DNA of 64,000 nucleotides from Candidatus Forterrea multitransposorum CG_2015-17_Forterrea_25_41 (GCA_009392915.1 CP045477.1:1-64000); one strand, 5' to 3'; positions 10,274 through 20,803 are shown, numbered from the stretch's first letter. Numbers and translations: made by a program. Notes: generated by a model from the sequence alone, not told the origin.

Positions 10274-11557
10274 TTGTTTTTAAACATTTTTATCTATATA
10301 TTATTTATGTCTTATATCCCTGATTTTCATAAGATTAAATACTTTACAGAAAAGTTTAAAGAATACTATCAAAATAATTATATCTCTTGTATATTGGATG
10401 TTTCAAAAAGAGAGTTTGGAATTGGTACTATACAATCTAAAATAAGTCAAAGACATTTATCTTTTGTATCTTTAGAAGATTTTAATAATTATTTAAGAAT
10501 TACTCCTCCTTTTTATGTTTCTTATTCAACAAGTTATTTTAAATATCCAGATAGAAGACCAATGGATAATAAAATATGGGAAGGTTCAGACATTGTTTAT
10601 GAGTTTGATTCAGATGATTATGATCTACCATGCCATGATAGACATAATACTTGGCAATGTACAAGTGAAGAATGTAATGAATGGGGTTATGGAAATTTAA
10701 CAGAATGCCCTAAATGTTTTTCAAAAACAAAGATTACAGAATGGACTTGTGATGAATGTTTAGGAAAAGCAAAAGAAGATACCTTAAGATTAGTTGATTT
10801 TTTAGAAAAAGAATTTAAATTAAATCCAGCAAGCTTTATTATTAGTTTTTCAGGTGCTAAAGGGTATCATGTAAGAATAACTGATAGAACAATAATTTCT
10901 TTATCTAAACCTGCAAGACTACAGATGATGAACTATATTTTAGCAAATGATTTAGAGCTTGAAAAATTAGGTTTTATAAAACAGAAAAAACTTTGGAAAA
11001 TACCACCTATAAAAGAAGCAGCTGGATGGTCTAAAAAGATTTTACATGGAATAATTGATATTTTTTCTTATGATGAAAAAAAGCTTATTAATTTATTTGG
11101 ACTTTCTCCAAAAAAAGCAAAACTTTTAAAGGATACAAAAGAAGATATTTTAAATAAGATGTATCATAATAATATATTAGTTGCTGATTTTTCTTCAAGT
11201 GATAAATTCTTTGAAGATGTTATAAATCATGTAATAAACAAGACTAGACTTAAAATAGACCCTCAATCATCTTCAGATATTTTTAAGATAATGAGGGTTC
11301 CAGATACTATTCATGGTGGTACTGGTTTTTTATCAACATATATTAAGACAAAAGAAGATTTAATTAATTTTGATCCTTTCAAAGATCCTGTTGTTTTAGG
11401 TACTATGGATCTAAAAAAAATAAAATTATTAAAACCAACACCTAAATTTAGAATAATTGACCAATATTATGGTCCTTATAATAAAGATGAGGTTTTAAAA
11501 CTTCCAGAAAAAGTATCAATGTTTTTAGTTCTTAAAGGGGTGGCAAATTTTGAGTGA
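10274..11557 (+). CDS. priS: DNA primase small (catalytic) subunit PriS
   Basis: PriS blocks: RHLSF, PPFYVSYS, MDNKIWEGSDIVYEFDSDD (catalytic acidic motif), FSGAKGYHVRI, plus a Cys-rich Zn-knuckle insertion. Confidence 0.7.
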   Translation: MFLNIFIYILFMSYIPDFHKIKYFTEKFKEYYQNNYISCILDVSKREFGIGTIQSKISQRHLSFVSLEDFNNYLRITPPFYVSYSTSYFKYPDRRPMDNKIWEGSDIVYEFDSDDYDLPCHDRHNTWQCTSEECNEWGYGNLTECPKCFSKTKITEWTCDECLGKAKEDTLRLVDFLEKEFKLNPASFIISFSGAKGYHVRITDRTIISLSKPARLQMMNYILANDLELEKLGFIKQKKLWKIPPIKEAAGWSKKILHGIIDIFSYDEKKLINLFGLSPKKAKLLKDTKEDILNKMYHNNILVADFSSSDKFFEDVINHVINKTRLKIDPQSSSDIFKIMRVPDTIHGGTGFLSTYIKTKEDLINFDPFKDPVVLGTMDLKKIKLLKPTPKFRIIDQYYGPYNKDEVLKLPEKVSMFLVLKGVANFE

Positions 11558-12116
11558 AGATTATAGTTTAGATTACGATGAATTAAGAAAAATTTATAGA
11601 CTTGAAACAAAGTCTCCCAAACTTACAAAATTAAATACTGATTTTTATAAGGAACTTAAAAAATTTCTTTCAGATGAAAGAAAAAAATATACTTCAGAGA
11701 TTGAAGAGTCTTTTTCTCATGCCACTATAAAAAAGTTTGAAACTTTAAAAAAAATGGTTGAAAAAATAAGAGAAATAAGAATGAAAAAATGTCTTAACCT
11801 TTGTTTAATGTATAGTAGAACAAATGATTTTGAAGAAGAAGGTTTAATTGATTTTGAAATTGATTTTGCAAAAGGTGTGATTAAATTAATTGATAAACAA
11901 ACAGAATTTTCACAAAATGTTTTTGGACTTTCTAAAAAAGCTAAAAAAATTGAAAATCAAAATCTTTGTAAAGTAAAATTTTTAGAGGAAGTTCCAACAT
12001 TTATTGGTGCTGATTTAAAGGAGTATGGTCCTTTTGAAAAAGAACAGGTTTGTGAGATTCCTGAAGATATGATTAAAATATTAGAATCAAAAAATCTTAT
12101 TAAAAAAATAGATTAA
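11550..12116 (+). CDS. GINS subunit-like protein (Gins15/Gins51 type), putative
   Basis: 188 aa, alpha-helical N-terminus typical of GINS. It sits immediately downstream of, and overlaps, priS; archaeal gins15 is classically co-operonic with priS. Confidence 0.4.
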   Translation: MSEDYSLDYDELRKIYRLETKSPKLTKLNTDFYKELKKFLSDERKKYTSEIEESFSHATIKKFETLKKMVEKIREIRMKKCLNLCLMYSRTNDFEEEGLIDFEIDFAKGVIKLIDKQTEFSQNVFGLSKKAKKIENQNLCKVKFLEEVPTFIGADLKEYGPFEKEQVCEIPEDMIKILESKNLIKKID

Positions 12117-12132
12117 AAAGAGTTGATAATTA

Positions 12133-12897
12133 ATGGTTGATTTTCCAAATATAAACGATGTGGTAATTTGTAAAGTTACAAAAATAGCTGATTTTGGTGT
12201 TTTTGCAGAGCTTTTAGAGTATGATAATATGGAAGGGTTTGTGCATATTTCACAAATATCTTCTACATGGATAAAAAATATTCATAACCATGTAAAACAA
12301 AATCAAATAAGAGCTGCAAAAGTTTTAAAAGTTGATGAAGAAAAAAAACATATTGATATTTCTTTTAGTAGGATCACAGCTGCAGATGAAAAAAGAAAAA
12401 TTTCTGAATATAGATTATTTTTAAGATCTCAAAGTCTTTTGGGTGTAATTGCTCAAGAAATTGGTGAGTCTCAAGAAAAAATTTGGGAAGAAGTTGCAGA
12501 TCCAATTATTGAAGAAGAAAATTCTCTTTATAAAGGATTTTTAAATATCTTAAAACATGGTGGAGATTATTATTCTCAAATTGATCCTAAATATCATAAA
12601 GTTTTATTTGAAATTTTAGATAAAAATATTACTTTGAAAGATAAAGATATTTTAGGAATTATGACAATTACTTCAAGTAATTCAAATGGTTTTGAAAATA
12701 TTAAAAAAGTACTTTCTGAAGTTACTGAAAAATATCCTGACTGTAGAATAATTTATTTAGGTCCTGGAAAATATGAACTTAAAGTAACTTCTAAAGAATT
12801 TAAAACTTCTGCAAAAAAATTTGATTTAATTGTAGATGAAATTTCTAAAGGATTAAAGAAACATGCTTCTTTTGAAGTTGTTAAAAAAGATTCTTAA
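12133..12897 (+). CDS. eif2a: Translation initiation factor 2 alpha subunit (aIF2-alpha)
   Basis: N-terminal S1 domain (VICKVTKIADFGVFAEL...GFVHISQISS), helical and C-terminal alpha/beta domains, ~254 aa. Confidence 0.75.
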   Translation: MVDFPNINDVVICKVTKIADFGVFAELLEYDNMEGFVHISQISSTWIKNIHNHVKQNQIRAAKVLKVDEEKKHIDISFSRITAADEKRKISEYRLFLRSQSLLGVIAQEIGESQEKIWEEVADPIIEEENSLYKGFLNILKHGGDYYSQIDPKYHKVLFEILDKNITLKDKDILGIMTITSSNSNGFENIKKVLSEVTEKYPDCRIIYLGPGKYELKVTSKEFKTSAKKFDLIVDEISKGLKKHASFEVVKKDS

Positions 12898-12911
12898 ATA
12901 TTTATATAAAG

Positions 12912-13730
12912 GTGAGTTGTAATATGGTTACAGAAATAAAATTAATTAAAAACATAAAAACTTTAAAAAACCCAGTTCTTTTTGTAGGACTTCCTGGAAT
13001 TGGTTTAGTTGGAAAAATATCTGTTGATTATTTAATTAAAGAATTATCTCCAAAACCAACATTGATTGGAAAAATATTTTCTGATTCATTTCCTCCTGCA
13101 GTTCACGAAAAGAATTCTGTTTTAGAGCTTATTTATGATGAAATTTATTTATATAAAACAAAAACAAAAGATTTTTTATTTATAGCAGGCCCTGTACAAC
13201 CTCCTTTAACAAACACAATTAATAGTGATCAACATTATGAATTTTCAGAAAAAATTGCTTTATTTGCAAAAAAACATAAAATTAAGGAAATATATACTTT
13301 TGCAGGTCTTAATATAGGTGATAAAAGAATAACTTCTAAACCAAAAGTAATTTGTGTTTCTACAGACTTAAAAACTAAAGAAAATATTTTAAAAAAGAAA
13401 ATATCAAATCTTCATTTTCAAGATAAAGGACAAGATGCTTTAATCTCTGGAGTTGCAGGTTTACTTTTAGGTATTTCTTTTGAATCTTATAAAATCCCAG
13501 GTGCTTGTTTAATGGGTGAGACAAATAGTAAATTAACTTATGGAGATCCTTCTTCTGCAAAACAACTTTTAGAAGTAGTTGATTCTTTATTTAAATTAAA
13601 AATTAATTTGAAAAAAATAGATGAGAGTGCAAAAAAGATTGAAAAATCATTTAGTGAAATTTCAAAAAATTTAGAACAAATTTCTCAAAAACAAGAAGGT
13701 CCTTCAACTCAATCTAATTATATAAGATAA
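12912..13730 (+). CDS. PAC2-family proteasome assembly chaperone (PbaA/PbaB-like)
   Basis: N-terminal VLFVGLPGIGLVGKIS motif characteristic of the PAC2/DUF75 family. Confidence 0.6.
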   Translation: MSCNMVTEIKLIKNIKTLKNPVLFVGLPGIGLVGKISVDYLIKELSPKPTLIGKIFSDSFPPAVHEKNSVLELIYDEIYLYKTKTKDFLFIAGPVQPPLTNTINSDQHYEFSEKIALFAKKHKIKEIYTFAGLNIGDKRITSKPKVICVSTDLKTKENILKKKISNLHFQDKGQDALISGVAGLLLGISFESYKIPGACLMGETNSKLTYGDPSSAKQLLEVVDSLFKLKINLKKIDESAKKIEKSFSEISKNLEQISQKQEGPSTQSNYIR

Positions 13731-13751
13731 TTTTTTTGGTGAAAAATAAAT

Positions 13752-15299
13752 ATGGTCTTTAAAGAAAATGAACTTGGAATTGTTGTTTCAACAATGGATT
13801 CACCTTCAACTTCAAAGATCACTTTTGTTTGTACCAAAAAAGTTTATAAAGGACAGTATGTTCAAATAGAATACTCTCAAGGTAGTTTAATTGGGCTTGT
13901 AACAGATGTATCTTCTCAGAATAGATATTTTGAAAATAATGAATCTGTAAAAGAATTTGAAAGTTCTGATTATAATATCAATGATCAATTTCCAACTAGT
14001 GATTGGGAATTTTTAATTGCAAATATAAAGCCTTTAGGGGTTCTTTCAAAAGAAAATTTTTTTGTAAGATCTACTCTTCCAGTATCTCCTGGTTCAAAAG
14101 TTTTAATTTGTGAAAAAGAAGTTTTATTTAAATTTCTTCATTTAAAAAAGAATGGACTTAATCTTGGACAAATTGAATTTCCTACTCTTCCTGTTACTTT
14201 TTGTATGGATAGACTTTTACAAAAACATTTAGCAATTTTAGCACAGTCTGGGGCAGGAAAAAGTTATTTAACCTCTGTTGTTTTAGAAGAACTTTTAGAC
14301 AGAACTAAAGAAGAAGGGCAAGTTGCAATTTTATTATTTGATGTTCATGGAGAGTATTCTCATTTTTCACACCCTATAAAAGATTCTTCTCAACATAAAG
14401 ATTATTCTTCAAAGACAATAAAGATTAATTCTTTTGAAATAAAGATTGGAGTTTCTACTCTTTCTTTAAATTTCTTTTCATCTCTTTTACCTTCTTTAAG
14501 TTCTGCACAAAAACGTGAACTTGGAAGTGTTTTAAAAAAATTAAATGAAGATAAAAAAAATGGTTTAGGTCCTTTTGATCTAAAAGACATTATTAAAGAA
14601 ATTGAAAGACAAGAAGTTAAAGAAAATGTTTCAAAACCTTTAATTAATGCTTTAGGTGAACTTTTAGATTATCATCTTTTTGCAAAAATAGATTCACCTT
14701 CAATTTTTGATATTGTAAAACCTGGAAAATTAACCATTATTGATTTATCTAGAGAGATAAATCTTAAAAAGAAACAATTAATACTTTATTATTTTGCACA
14801 TAAACTTTTTTACTCAAGAACAAATCCTTCTTTAAATGTACCTCCATTCCTTTTAGTTGTTGAAGAAGCCCATCAATTTGCTCCAGAAAGTGCAAGTAAA
14901 GATAGAGCTATGGCAAAATCAATTTTAGAAACTATTGCAAGAGAAGGTAGAAAGTTTGGATCTTGTCTTTGTTTAATTTCTCAAAGACCTGTAAAATTAT
15001 CTACCACTGTGCTTTCACAGGCAAACACACATATAATTTTAAGAATAACTAATCCTTATGACTTAAAACATATAGGAGAATCATCTGAAGGACTTGATTC
15101 TAAATCAGTAGAAATGATAACTTCTTTAAGAGTTGGAGAGGCTTTAGTTGTTGGTGAAGCTTCATCTTATCCTGTGTTTTTTAAAGTTAGAAAAAAATAT
15201 TCTCAAGATTCTCATTTAGATGTTTCTCTTTCAGGGCTTGCTAAAAATTATTTAAAAAATACTTCTAATCAAGAGAAAGATATTGAAGGCTTTTTATAG
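13752..15299 (+). CDS. herA: HerA-type DNA helicase/translocase ATPase
   Basis: HAS-barrel N-terminus, Walker A AQSGAGKSY, Walker B LLVVEEAHQF, and LISQRPVKLSTTVLSQANT of the HerA/FtsK superfamily. Confidence 0.75.
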   Translation: MVFKENELGIVVSTMDSPSTSKITFVCTKKVYKGQYVQIEYSQGSLIGLVTDVSSQNRYFENNESVKEFESSDYNINDQFPTSDWEFLIANIKPLGVLSKENFFVRSTLPVSPGSKVLICEKEVLFKFLHLKKNGLNLGQIEFPTLPVTFCMDRLLQKHLAILAQSGAGKSYLTSVVLEELLDRTKEEGQVAILLFDVHGEYSHFSHPIKDSSQHKDYSSKTIKINSFEIKIGVSTLSLNFFSSLLPSLSSAQKRELGSVLKKLNEDKKNGLGPFDLKDIIKEIERQEVKENVSKPLINALGELLDYHLFAKIDSPSIFDIVKPGKLTIIDLSREINLKKKQLILYYFAHKLFYSRTNPSLNVPPFLLVVEEAHQFAPESASKDRAMAKSILETIAREGRKFGSCLCLISQRPVKLSTTVLSQANTHIILRITNPYDLKHIGESSEGLDSKSVEMITSLRVGEALVVGEASSYPVFFKVRKKYSQDSHLDVSLSGLAKNYLKNTSNQEKDIEGFL

Positions 15300-15341
15300 C
15301 AAAGATGTTTTTATATATCTTATGATATAATATTATATAGT

Positions 15342-15809
15342 ATGTACAAAGTATCGTGGACAGAGTTTGAAAGTCTAGCAATTGATCTTACTAAAAAGAT
15401 TAAATCTTCAAATAAAAACTTTTCATTTATAGTTGGGGTTAGTAGAGGTGGTCTTTTACTTTCAAGATTATTATCTTCAACTTTAGATTTACCTATGGGT
15501 GTAATTGCAGCAAAACATGTAGATGGAATTTATCATGTTGATAATTATATATCAACAATATATGATGTTGAAGGGGATATTCTTTTAGTTGATGATGTTA
15601 TGGATCAAGCTTCTGTTAATGTAATTTCAAAAATAAATAAAAATTATAAAAATATAAATTCTATAACTTCAGCATGTGTTTTTTATAAAGGTACAGAAAA
15701 AAGTTTTAAACCTGATTTTTATACAAGTAAAGTTGATGATTTTATAACCATTGTTTTTCCTTATCAAGAAAAATCAATTTTGAAAAATTTAGAAAACTGT
15801 GAGGATTAA
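15342..15809 (+). CDS. Type I phosphoribosyltransferase (purine PRTase-like)
   Basis: PRPP-binding motif ILLVDDVMDQAS and VGVSRGG loop. Confidence 0.55.
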   Translation: MYKVSWTEFESLAIDLTKKIKSSNKNFSFIVGVSRGGLLLSRLLSSTLDLPMGVIAAKHVDGIYHVDNYISTIYDVEGDILLVDDVMDQASVNVISKINKNYKNINSITSACVFYKGTEKSFKPDFYTSKVDDFITIVFPYQEKSILKNLENCED

Positions 15810-15817
15810 GATTAATT

Positions 15818-16279
15818 ATGAAAAAAAAAATGTCTAATAAACAAAATTTAATAATAGCTTTATTAATTATTTTAATAATTTTAGTAATATTTTTTATTGT
15901 TATATTTTCTGCAAATATTTTATATAGTAATATAAAAGAAAATAATTTAGATAATATAGATTATAATTTAACAATTTCAAAAGTAGATTTTAATTCTGAT
16001 AGGTTAGTAAATGTAGAAAATGATGTGAATTTGTCAGAATTAAATGAATTTACTTTACCAGAAAGTAAGCTTATTAATGAATATTTAATCACAAGTATAA
16101 ATATTTCTGATTTAAGAAATAAATATTCTTTTTTATTTGATGAAGCCTTAGTTTCTTCTTATGGTTATCTTCAAACAGAAAAAGGAGATTATATTTTAGA
16201 ATATAAAGATTATATTTTAGTTTTTAATAAAGATGAAAATCAAACAAAAAGTATCTGGATGATTGAATATTTAGAATAA
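15818..16279 (+). CDS. Hypothetical membrane-anchored protein
   Basis: N-terminal transmembrane helix; no recognisable domain. Confidence 0.3.
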   Translation: MKKKMSNKQNLIIALLIILIILVIFFIVIFSANILYSNIKENNLDNIDYNLTISKVDFNSDRLVNVENDVNLSELNEFTLPESKLINEYLITSINISDLRNKYSFLFDEALVSSYGYLQTEKGDYILEYKDYILVFNKDENQTKSIWMIEYLE

Positions 16280-16297
16280 TTTTAAATTTTAAAAAAT

Positions 16298-18844
16298 GTG
16301 TTTTTTATGGATGATGCAAATTTAATGCTTTTAAAAAAGAAAGTAAAAGCTATAAAACAATATAAAGGCCAAGGTACTCAACTTATAAGTCTTTATCTTC
16401 CACCTGATGCAGATAGAAGTTCTGCAACAAAACAATTAACTGATGAAATGAGTCAATCTTCAAATATTAAGAGTGCTCAGACTAGAAAAAATGTACAAGC
16501 AGCTTTAAAAAGAATTATTAATTATTTAAAACAAATTGATTTTAAACTTCCTGAAACAGGTTTAGTTTTATTTTCTGGAGATGTTTCAACTAATCCTTCT
16601 AAATCAGATGTAATTTTACTTGCAATTGCACCTCCTGTAAGACTTACAACTAAGCTTTATTGGTGTGATTCAACATTTCACATAGCTCCTTTAGAAGATA
16701 TGGCACAAACAGATGATGTTTATGGTTTAGTTGTTCTTGACAAACGAGAAGCAACAGTTGCTATTTTAAGAGGAAAATCTAAAGAAATTCTTTTTTCAGA
16801 AACCTCAAATGTTCCTGGTAAAACAAAAGCCGGGGGGCAATGTTTAAAAGATGCTTTTGTATCTTTATCTGATGGGAATTTAATAGATGTTAGTGAAATT
16901 TCTAAAAAGGATATTCTTTCTTCTATGAATTTTAAACAAAATAAATTAATTAATTCTAAGGTTTTAGATAATTGGTCAGTTTCTAAAAATAAAACATATA
17001 TTATTAAAACAAAAGCTCCTGGTACAGAAATAAAAGCTAGTGAAGATCATATATTTTTTGTTTTAACTCCAGATGGTGTTGTTGAAAAAGCTTCAAAAGA
17101 TTTAACTTTAAATGATTATTTGTTATTTCCAGAAAAATTATCTTATAAAAATAAAATTTGGTCTTTTGATACTAAAAAATATATTTCTAAATTAAATAAA
17201 CCTTCTATAAAGATACCTATAAAACTTAATAATGTATTTGCTAAATTTTTAGGTTATTTATTAGGTGATGGTTCTATTGAAACTGATAGATTAACTTTTT
17301 ATGAATCTAGAAAAGATGTTATTTTAGAATATAAAAAGTTATTTGATAAATATTTTAATGTAAATTCTTCTTTAACTTTTAGAGATTCTAAAAATTATTA
17401 TCAATTAAGAGTTAATTCAACTGCTCTTGTAAGATTAATTAAAGAAGAATTTAAGGAAATTAAAAAAGCAAGAGATTCTTTAATACCTTCTAAAATATTA
17501 ACTTCTTCTAATAAAATATTAGCTAATTTTTTAAAAGGATTTTATGATGCTGAAGGTTATATTAATACTTCTAGAAAATCAATAGATATTGGAATAAATA
17601 ATAAAAAAATTGCACAACAACTTCAATTATCATTATTAAGATTTTCAATTATTGGATCTTTACAAGAATATGATAATAAACAAAATCCTTATACAAATAA
17701 CCATAGGTTTGTGATTTCAATTTCTGATAAAGAGTCAATAGATTCTTTTGAAAAAAATATTAATTTTACTTCTTTTGAAAAGCAAAAAAAAATAAAAAAA
17801 ATTCAAAAATTAAAAACAAACATGAGTTTCTCAAGAACACTTCCTGTATATGGTAGTCAGGTTAGATCTGTTGTTACAAAACATGGTTATAATTTAGAAC
17901 TTTTCCCAAAAGTGAGTAGTTTTTTCAATAATAATAGAATGCTTAGTAAATGCTTTTTTAAAAGTTCTGTTTTAGATTATGTTAAAGATAAATCTCTTTT
18001 AAAAGATTTAATTAAATTTTATAATATGCCATTTTTTGCTGCAAAGATAAATTCTATATTTATTGAAAAAAAGAAAACAATTATGACAGACATTTCTGTT
18101 GCTAATAAATCTTTTATTGCAAATGGATTAATTGTTCATAATTCAGCACATAGATTCGAAAGACTAAGAGATAAATATGAAGAAGAGTTTTATAAGAGAG
18201 TAGGTTCTAAAGTAAATACTGCTTTTGTAGATCTTGATAATTTTAAAGGAATGATTGTTGGTGGTCCTGGACTTACTAAAAATGAATTTTTAGAAATTGG
18301 TGATTTAGACCACAGAATAAAAGATAAAGTTTTAGGAACTGTAGATACTTCTTATACAGATGAGTCAGGTATAAAAGAAGTTTTAGATAAATCTGAAGAT
18401 ATTTTAAAAGAAACTGGTTTAGTTCATGAAAGAAAATTAATTAATAAGTTTTTTGAAGACTTAGCAAAAACAGGCCTTGCAAATTATGGTTTTCAAGATG
18501 TAATTGATGCCTTAAATATTGGTAAAGCTTCAACTGTTTTAGTGTCTGAAGGTTTAGAATGGACTGTTTTAATTTTTAAATGTTTATCAGACAAATCTAG
18601 ATTTATAAAAATTGTTAAAGATAAACATGAAGTTTCTGATACTATCTCAAAATTTGAAAATTCTCCAACAGATTGTCCAGAAGGTAAAGCAGAACTTGTT
18701 GAAGAAGTTGATATATATGATTATTTTATAGATATTTCTAAAAATACAAGTGCAAAAGTTGAACTTATTTCTATTGAAACTTTAGAAGGTAAACAATTTT
18801 TTGAAACTTTTGGAGGGCTTGCAGCTTTCTTAAGATATAGGTAA
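16298..18844 (+). CDS. prf1: Peptide chain release factor aRF1 interrupted by an in-frame intein
   Basis: The exteins (181 + 233 aa) have the aRF1 architecture, including the catalytic GGQ followed by SAHRFERLR. A 434-aa insertion begins with Cys and ends with His-Asn, followed by Ser. Confidence 0.8.
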   Translation: MFFMDDANLMLLKKKVKAIKQYKGQGTQLISLYLPPDADRSSATKQLTDEMSQSSNIKSAQTRKNVQAALKRIINYLKQIDFKLPETGLVLFSGDVSTNPSKSDVILLAIAPPVRLTTKLYWCDSTFHIAPLEDMAQTDDVYGLVVLDKREATVAILRGKSKEILFSETSNVPGKTKAGGQCLKDAFVSLSDGNLIDVSEISKKDILSSMNFKQNKLINSKVLDNWSVSKNKTYIIKTKAPGTEIKASEDHIFFVLTPDGVVEKASKDLTLNDYLLFPEKLSYKNKIWSFDTKKYISKLNKPSIKIPIKLNNVFAKFLGYLLGDGSIETDRLTFYESRKDVILEYKKLFDKYFNVNSSLTFRDSKNYYQLRVNSTALVRLIKEEFKEIKKARDSLIPSKILTSSNKILANFLKGFYDAEGYINTSRKSIDIGINNKKIAQQLQLSLLRFSIIGSLQEYDNKQNPYTNNHRFVISISDKESIDSFEKNINFTSFEKQKKIKKIQKLKTNMSFSRTLPVYGSQVRSVVTKHGYNLELFPKVSSFFNNNRMLSKCFFKSSVLDYVKDKSLLKDLIKFYNMPFFAAKINSIFIEKKKTIMTDISVANKSFIANGLIVHNSAHRFERLRDKYEEEFYKRVGSKVNTAFVDLDNFKGMIVGGPGLTKNEFLEIGDLDHRIKDKVLGTVDTSYTDESGIKEVLDKSEDILKETGLVHERKLINKFFEDLAKTGLANYGFQDVIDALNIGKASTVLVSEGLEWTVLIFKCLSDKSRFIKIVKDKHEVSDTISKFENSPTDCPEGKAELVEEVDIYDYFIDISKNTSAKVELISIETLEGKQFFETFGGLAAFLRYR
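16841..18142 (+). mobile_element. Intein with a LAGLIDADG homing-endonuclease domain inserted in aRF1 between Gln181 (of GGQ) and Ser
   Basis: N-terminal Cys, C-terminal VHN with a +1 Ser, and two LAGLIDADG-type blocks (FLGYLLGDGS and LKGFYDAEGYI). Confidence 0.75.
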
Positions 18845-18856
18845 GGTGTTATTTTT

Positions 18857-19363
18857 TTGATAAAGACATTTAAAGCAAGAAAGATTACAAAAACTAATAT
18901 TGGTTCTAAATGTGGAATCGTAGATATTCGTAAAAGAATTCTAGAAAATAAAACTTATTCTATTTCCTATACTATAAAAGGTAAGTCTTTAGAACTTAAT
19001 TTTTTAAAACGATATCGAAAATCTAATCTTAGTGATTTTAAAAATATTTATTCTGATCTTTTAAATATTGCAAAAGAAAAAAAAGTTAAAAAAATATATA
19101 CTAGTTCTTGGGTATTTTCAGAAACTAAAGGTTTATCTGAAAGATTAGGTTTTAAACTTGTTAAGGGTACTGATAAAAAATTAAATCTAATTAAAGAAAA
19201 ATATCCTGATTATAAAATTATAGGTATTGAACAAAGATTTTCTACAGATTCAATAAATTATGGTGTAATTCCTTGTTTAGTTTTAGAAAATAAATCTTTA
19301 AAAAAAGAAGTTATAATAAATATGGATAAAAATATGCTCCCAATATATGTAAAGGAACTTTAA
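18857..19363 (+). CDS. Hypothetical protein
   Basis: 168-aa ORF with no recognisable motif. Confidence 0.25.
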   Translation: MIKTFKARKITKTNIGSKCGIVDIRKRILENKTYSISYTIKGKSLELNFLKRYRKSNLSDFKNIYSDLLNIAKEKKVKKIYTSSWVFSETKGLSERLGFKLVKGTDKKLNLIKEKYPDYKIIGIEQRFSTDSINYGVIPCLVLENKSLKKEVIINMDKNMLPIYVKEL

Positions 19364-19366
19364 ATT

Positions 19367-20638
19367 ATGGATTATAGATATGTTACAGATACAAAAGGTT
19401 TAGGTGGAAGAATAAAACAACTTCCACAAGATTTCATTGTTGAGGAAATTGGTTTAGATTATGAAACTTCTGTAAAATACTTGCCTGATAAAAAAATAGA
19501 AACTATTGATTGGGAAAAAATATTTGAAAATAAAGAAGAAGGAAAAGATCATTTAATTTTAGATTTAGAAAAACATAATCTTTCTACTATGCAGGCAATT
19601 TCTCAAATGTCAAGATTTTTAAGACTTTCAAAATCAAGATTTGGTTATGCTGGATTAAAAGATAAAAGATCTATTTCTTCTCAAAAAATTTCTCTTTATA
19701 ATCCTGAATTGGAAAGACTTTCAAAATTTTATTTTAAAGACATTAAAACATATAACCCTTTTTGGTCTTCTAAAAAAATAGATATTGGTGATTTAAAAGA
19801 AAATAGATTTATTATAACTATTAGACAAATAGAAGGATTATCAAAAGAAGAAATAAAAGAAATTATTGAAACAAATTTTCTTAAAATAAATCAAAAAGGA
19901 TTAATTAATTATTTTGGTGAACAAAGGTTTGGAGGAGCAAGGGAAGTTACTGCTAAAGTTGGAAAACATTTAATATTAAAAGAATATAAAAAAGCAATTA
20001 TGCTATACTTAACCTCTCCTTCTCCTTATGAAGATCAAGATTTAAAAAATGCAAGAGAAGATATTTTAAAAACAAATGATTTTAAAAAATGGGCTTCTTC
20101 TTTTCCATCTAAATCTGGTTTTGAAGTTCCTATTTTAAATCATTTAGCAATTAATCCTGAAGATTATTTAGGAGCTTTTAAATCTCTTTCAAAATCTATG
20201 CAATATTTATTTATTCATGCTTATCAATCTTATTTGTTTAATGAAATTATTAATTATAGAATTGATAAAGGTTTATTTTTAAAACCATTAGATGCTGATA
20301 ACGTTATAAATGGTGTTTTACATTTACCTTTATTTGGTTATGATTCTAAATTTTTAGATGGTAGGGCAGGAGAAATTGAAAAAGAAATTTTTAAAAGAGA
20401 AGGAATTGATTTTAGACATTTTTTTAATAAAGATTATTCTGTTCTTTCTTGTAGAGGAGACTTAAGGCCAGTTATTACTTTTCCAAAAGAATTAAAGTTA
20501 ATTTCTATAGAGGAAGATGATTTAAATCAAGAAGAAATTCCAGGATCAAAAAAAGCAACAATTTCTTTTATTTTAGATAAAGGGCAATACGCCACTGTCT
20601 TGATTAGAGAGATTATTAAAAAAGAAAATATTGGTTAA
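19367..20638 (+). CDS. truD: tRNA pseudouridine synthase TruD/Pus7-type
   Basis: TruD family motif GLKDKRS (catalytic Asp) and typical length. Confidence 0.6.
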   Translation: MDYRYVTDTKGLGGRIKQLPQDFIVEEIGLDYETSVKYLPDKKIETIDWEKIFENKEEGKDHLILDLEKHNLSTMQAISQMSRFLRLSKSRFGYAGLKDKRSISSQKISLYNPELERLSKFYFKDIKTYNPFWSSKKIDIGDLKENRFIITIRQIEGLSKEEIKEIIETNFLKINQKGLINYFGEQRFGGAREVTAKVGKHLILKEYKKAIMLYLTSPSPYEDQDLKNAREDILKTNDFKKWASSFPSKSGFEVPILNHLAINPEDYLGAFKSLSKSMQYLFIHAYQSYLFNEIINYRIDKGLFLKPLDADNVINGVLHLPLFGYDSKFLDGRAGEIEKEIFKREGIDFRHFFNKDYSVLSCRGDLRPVITFPKELKLISIEEDDLNQEEIPGSKKATISFILDKGQYATVLIREIIKKENIG

Positions 20639-20803
20639 AATAAATATATTTGTTTTTTAGTGGAAAAATAATTTATGGTCCAAAAGGAATTCAGTGGATT
20701 TATAAACCTCCATTATATCTAAAGGACATAAAAAAAAGTACTTTGGAGATTTAACTTAAAATCTAAATAATATAATAAATTGAATTGATATAAATAAAAA
20801 GGA

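Noticed and set aside
11550-12116. Calling this ORF the primase large subunit PriL
   Set aside because: At 188 aa it is far too short and lacks the C-terminal Fe-S cysteine cluster. GINS-like is a better, still tentative, fit.
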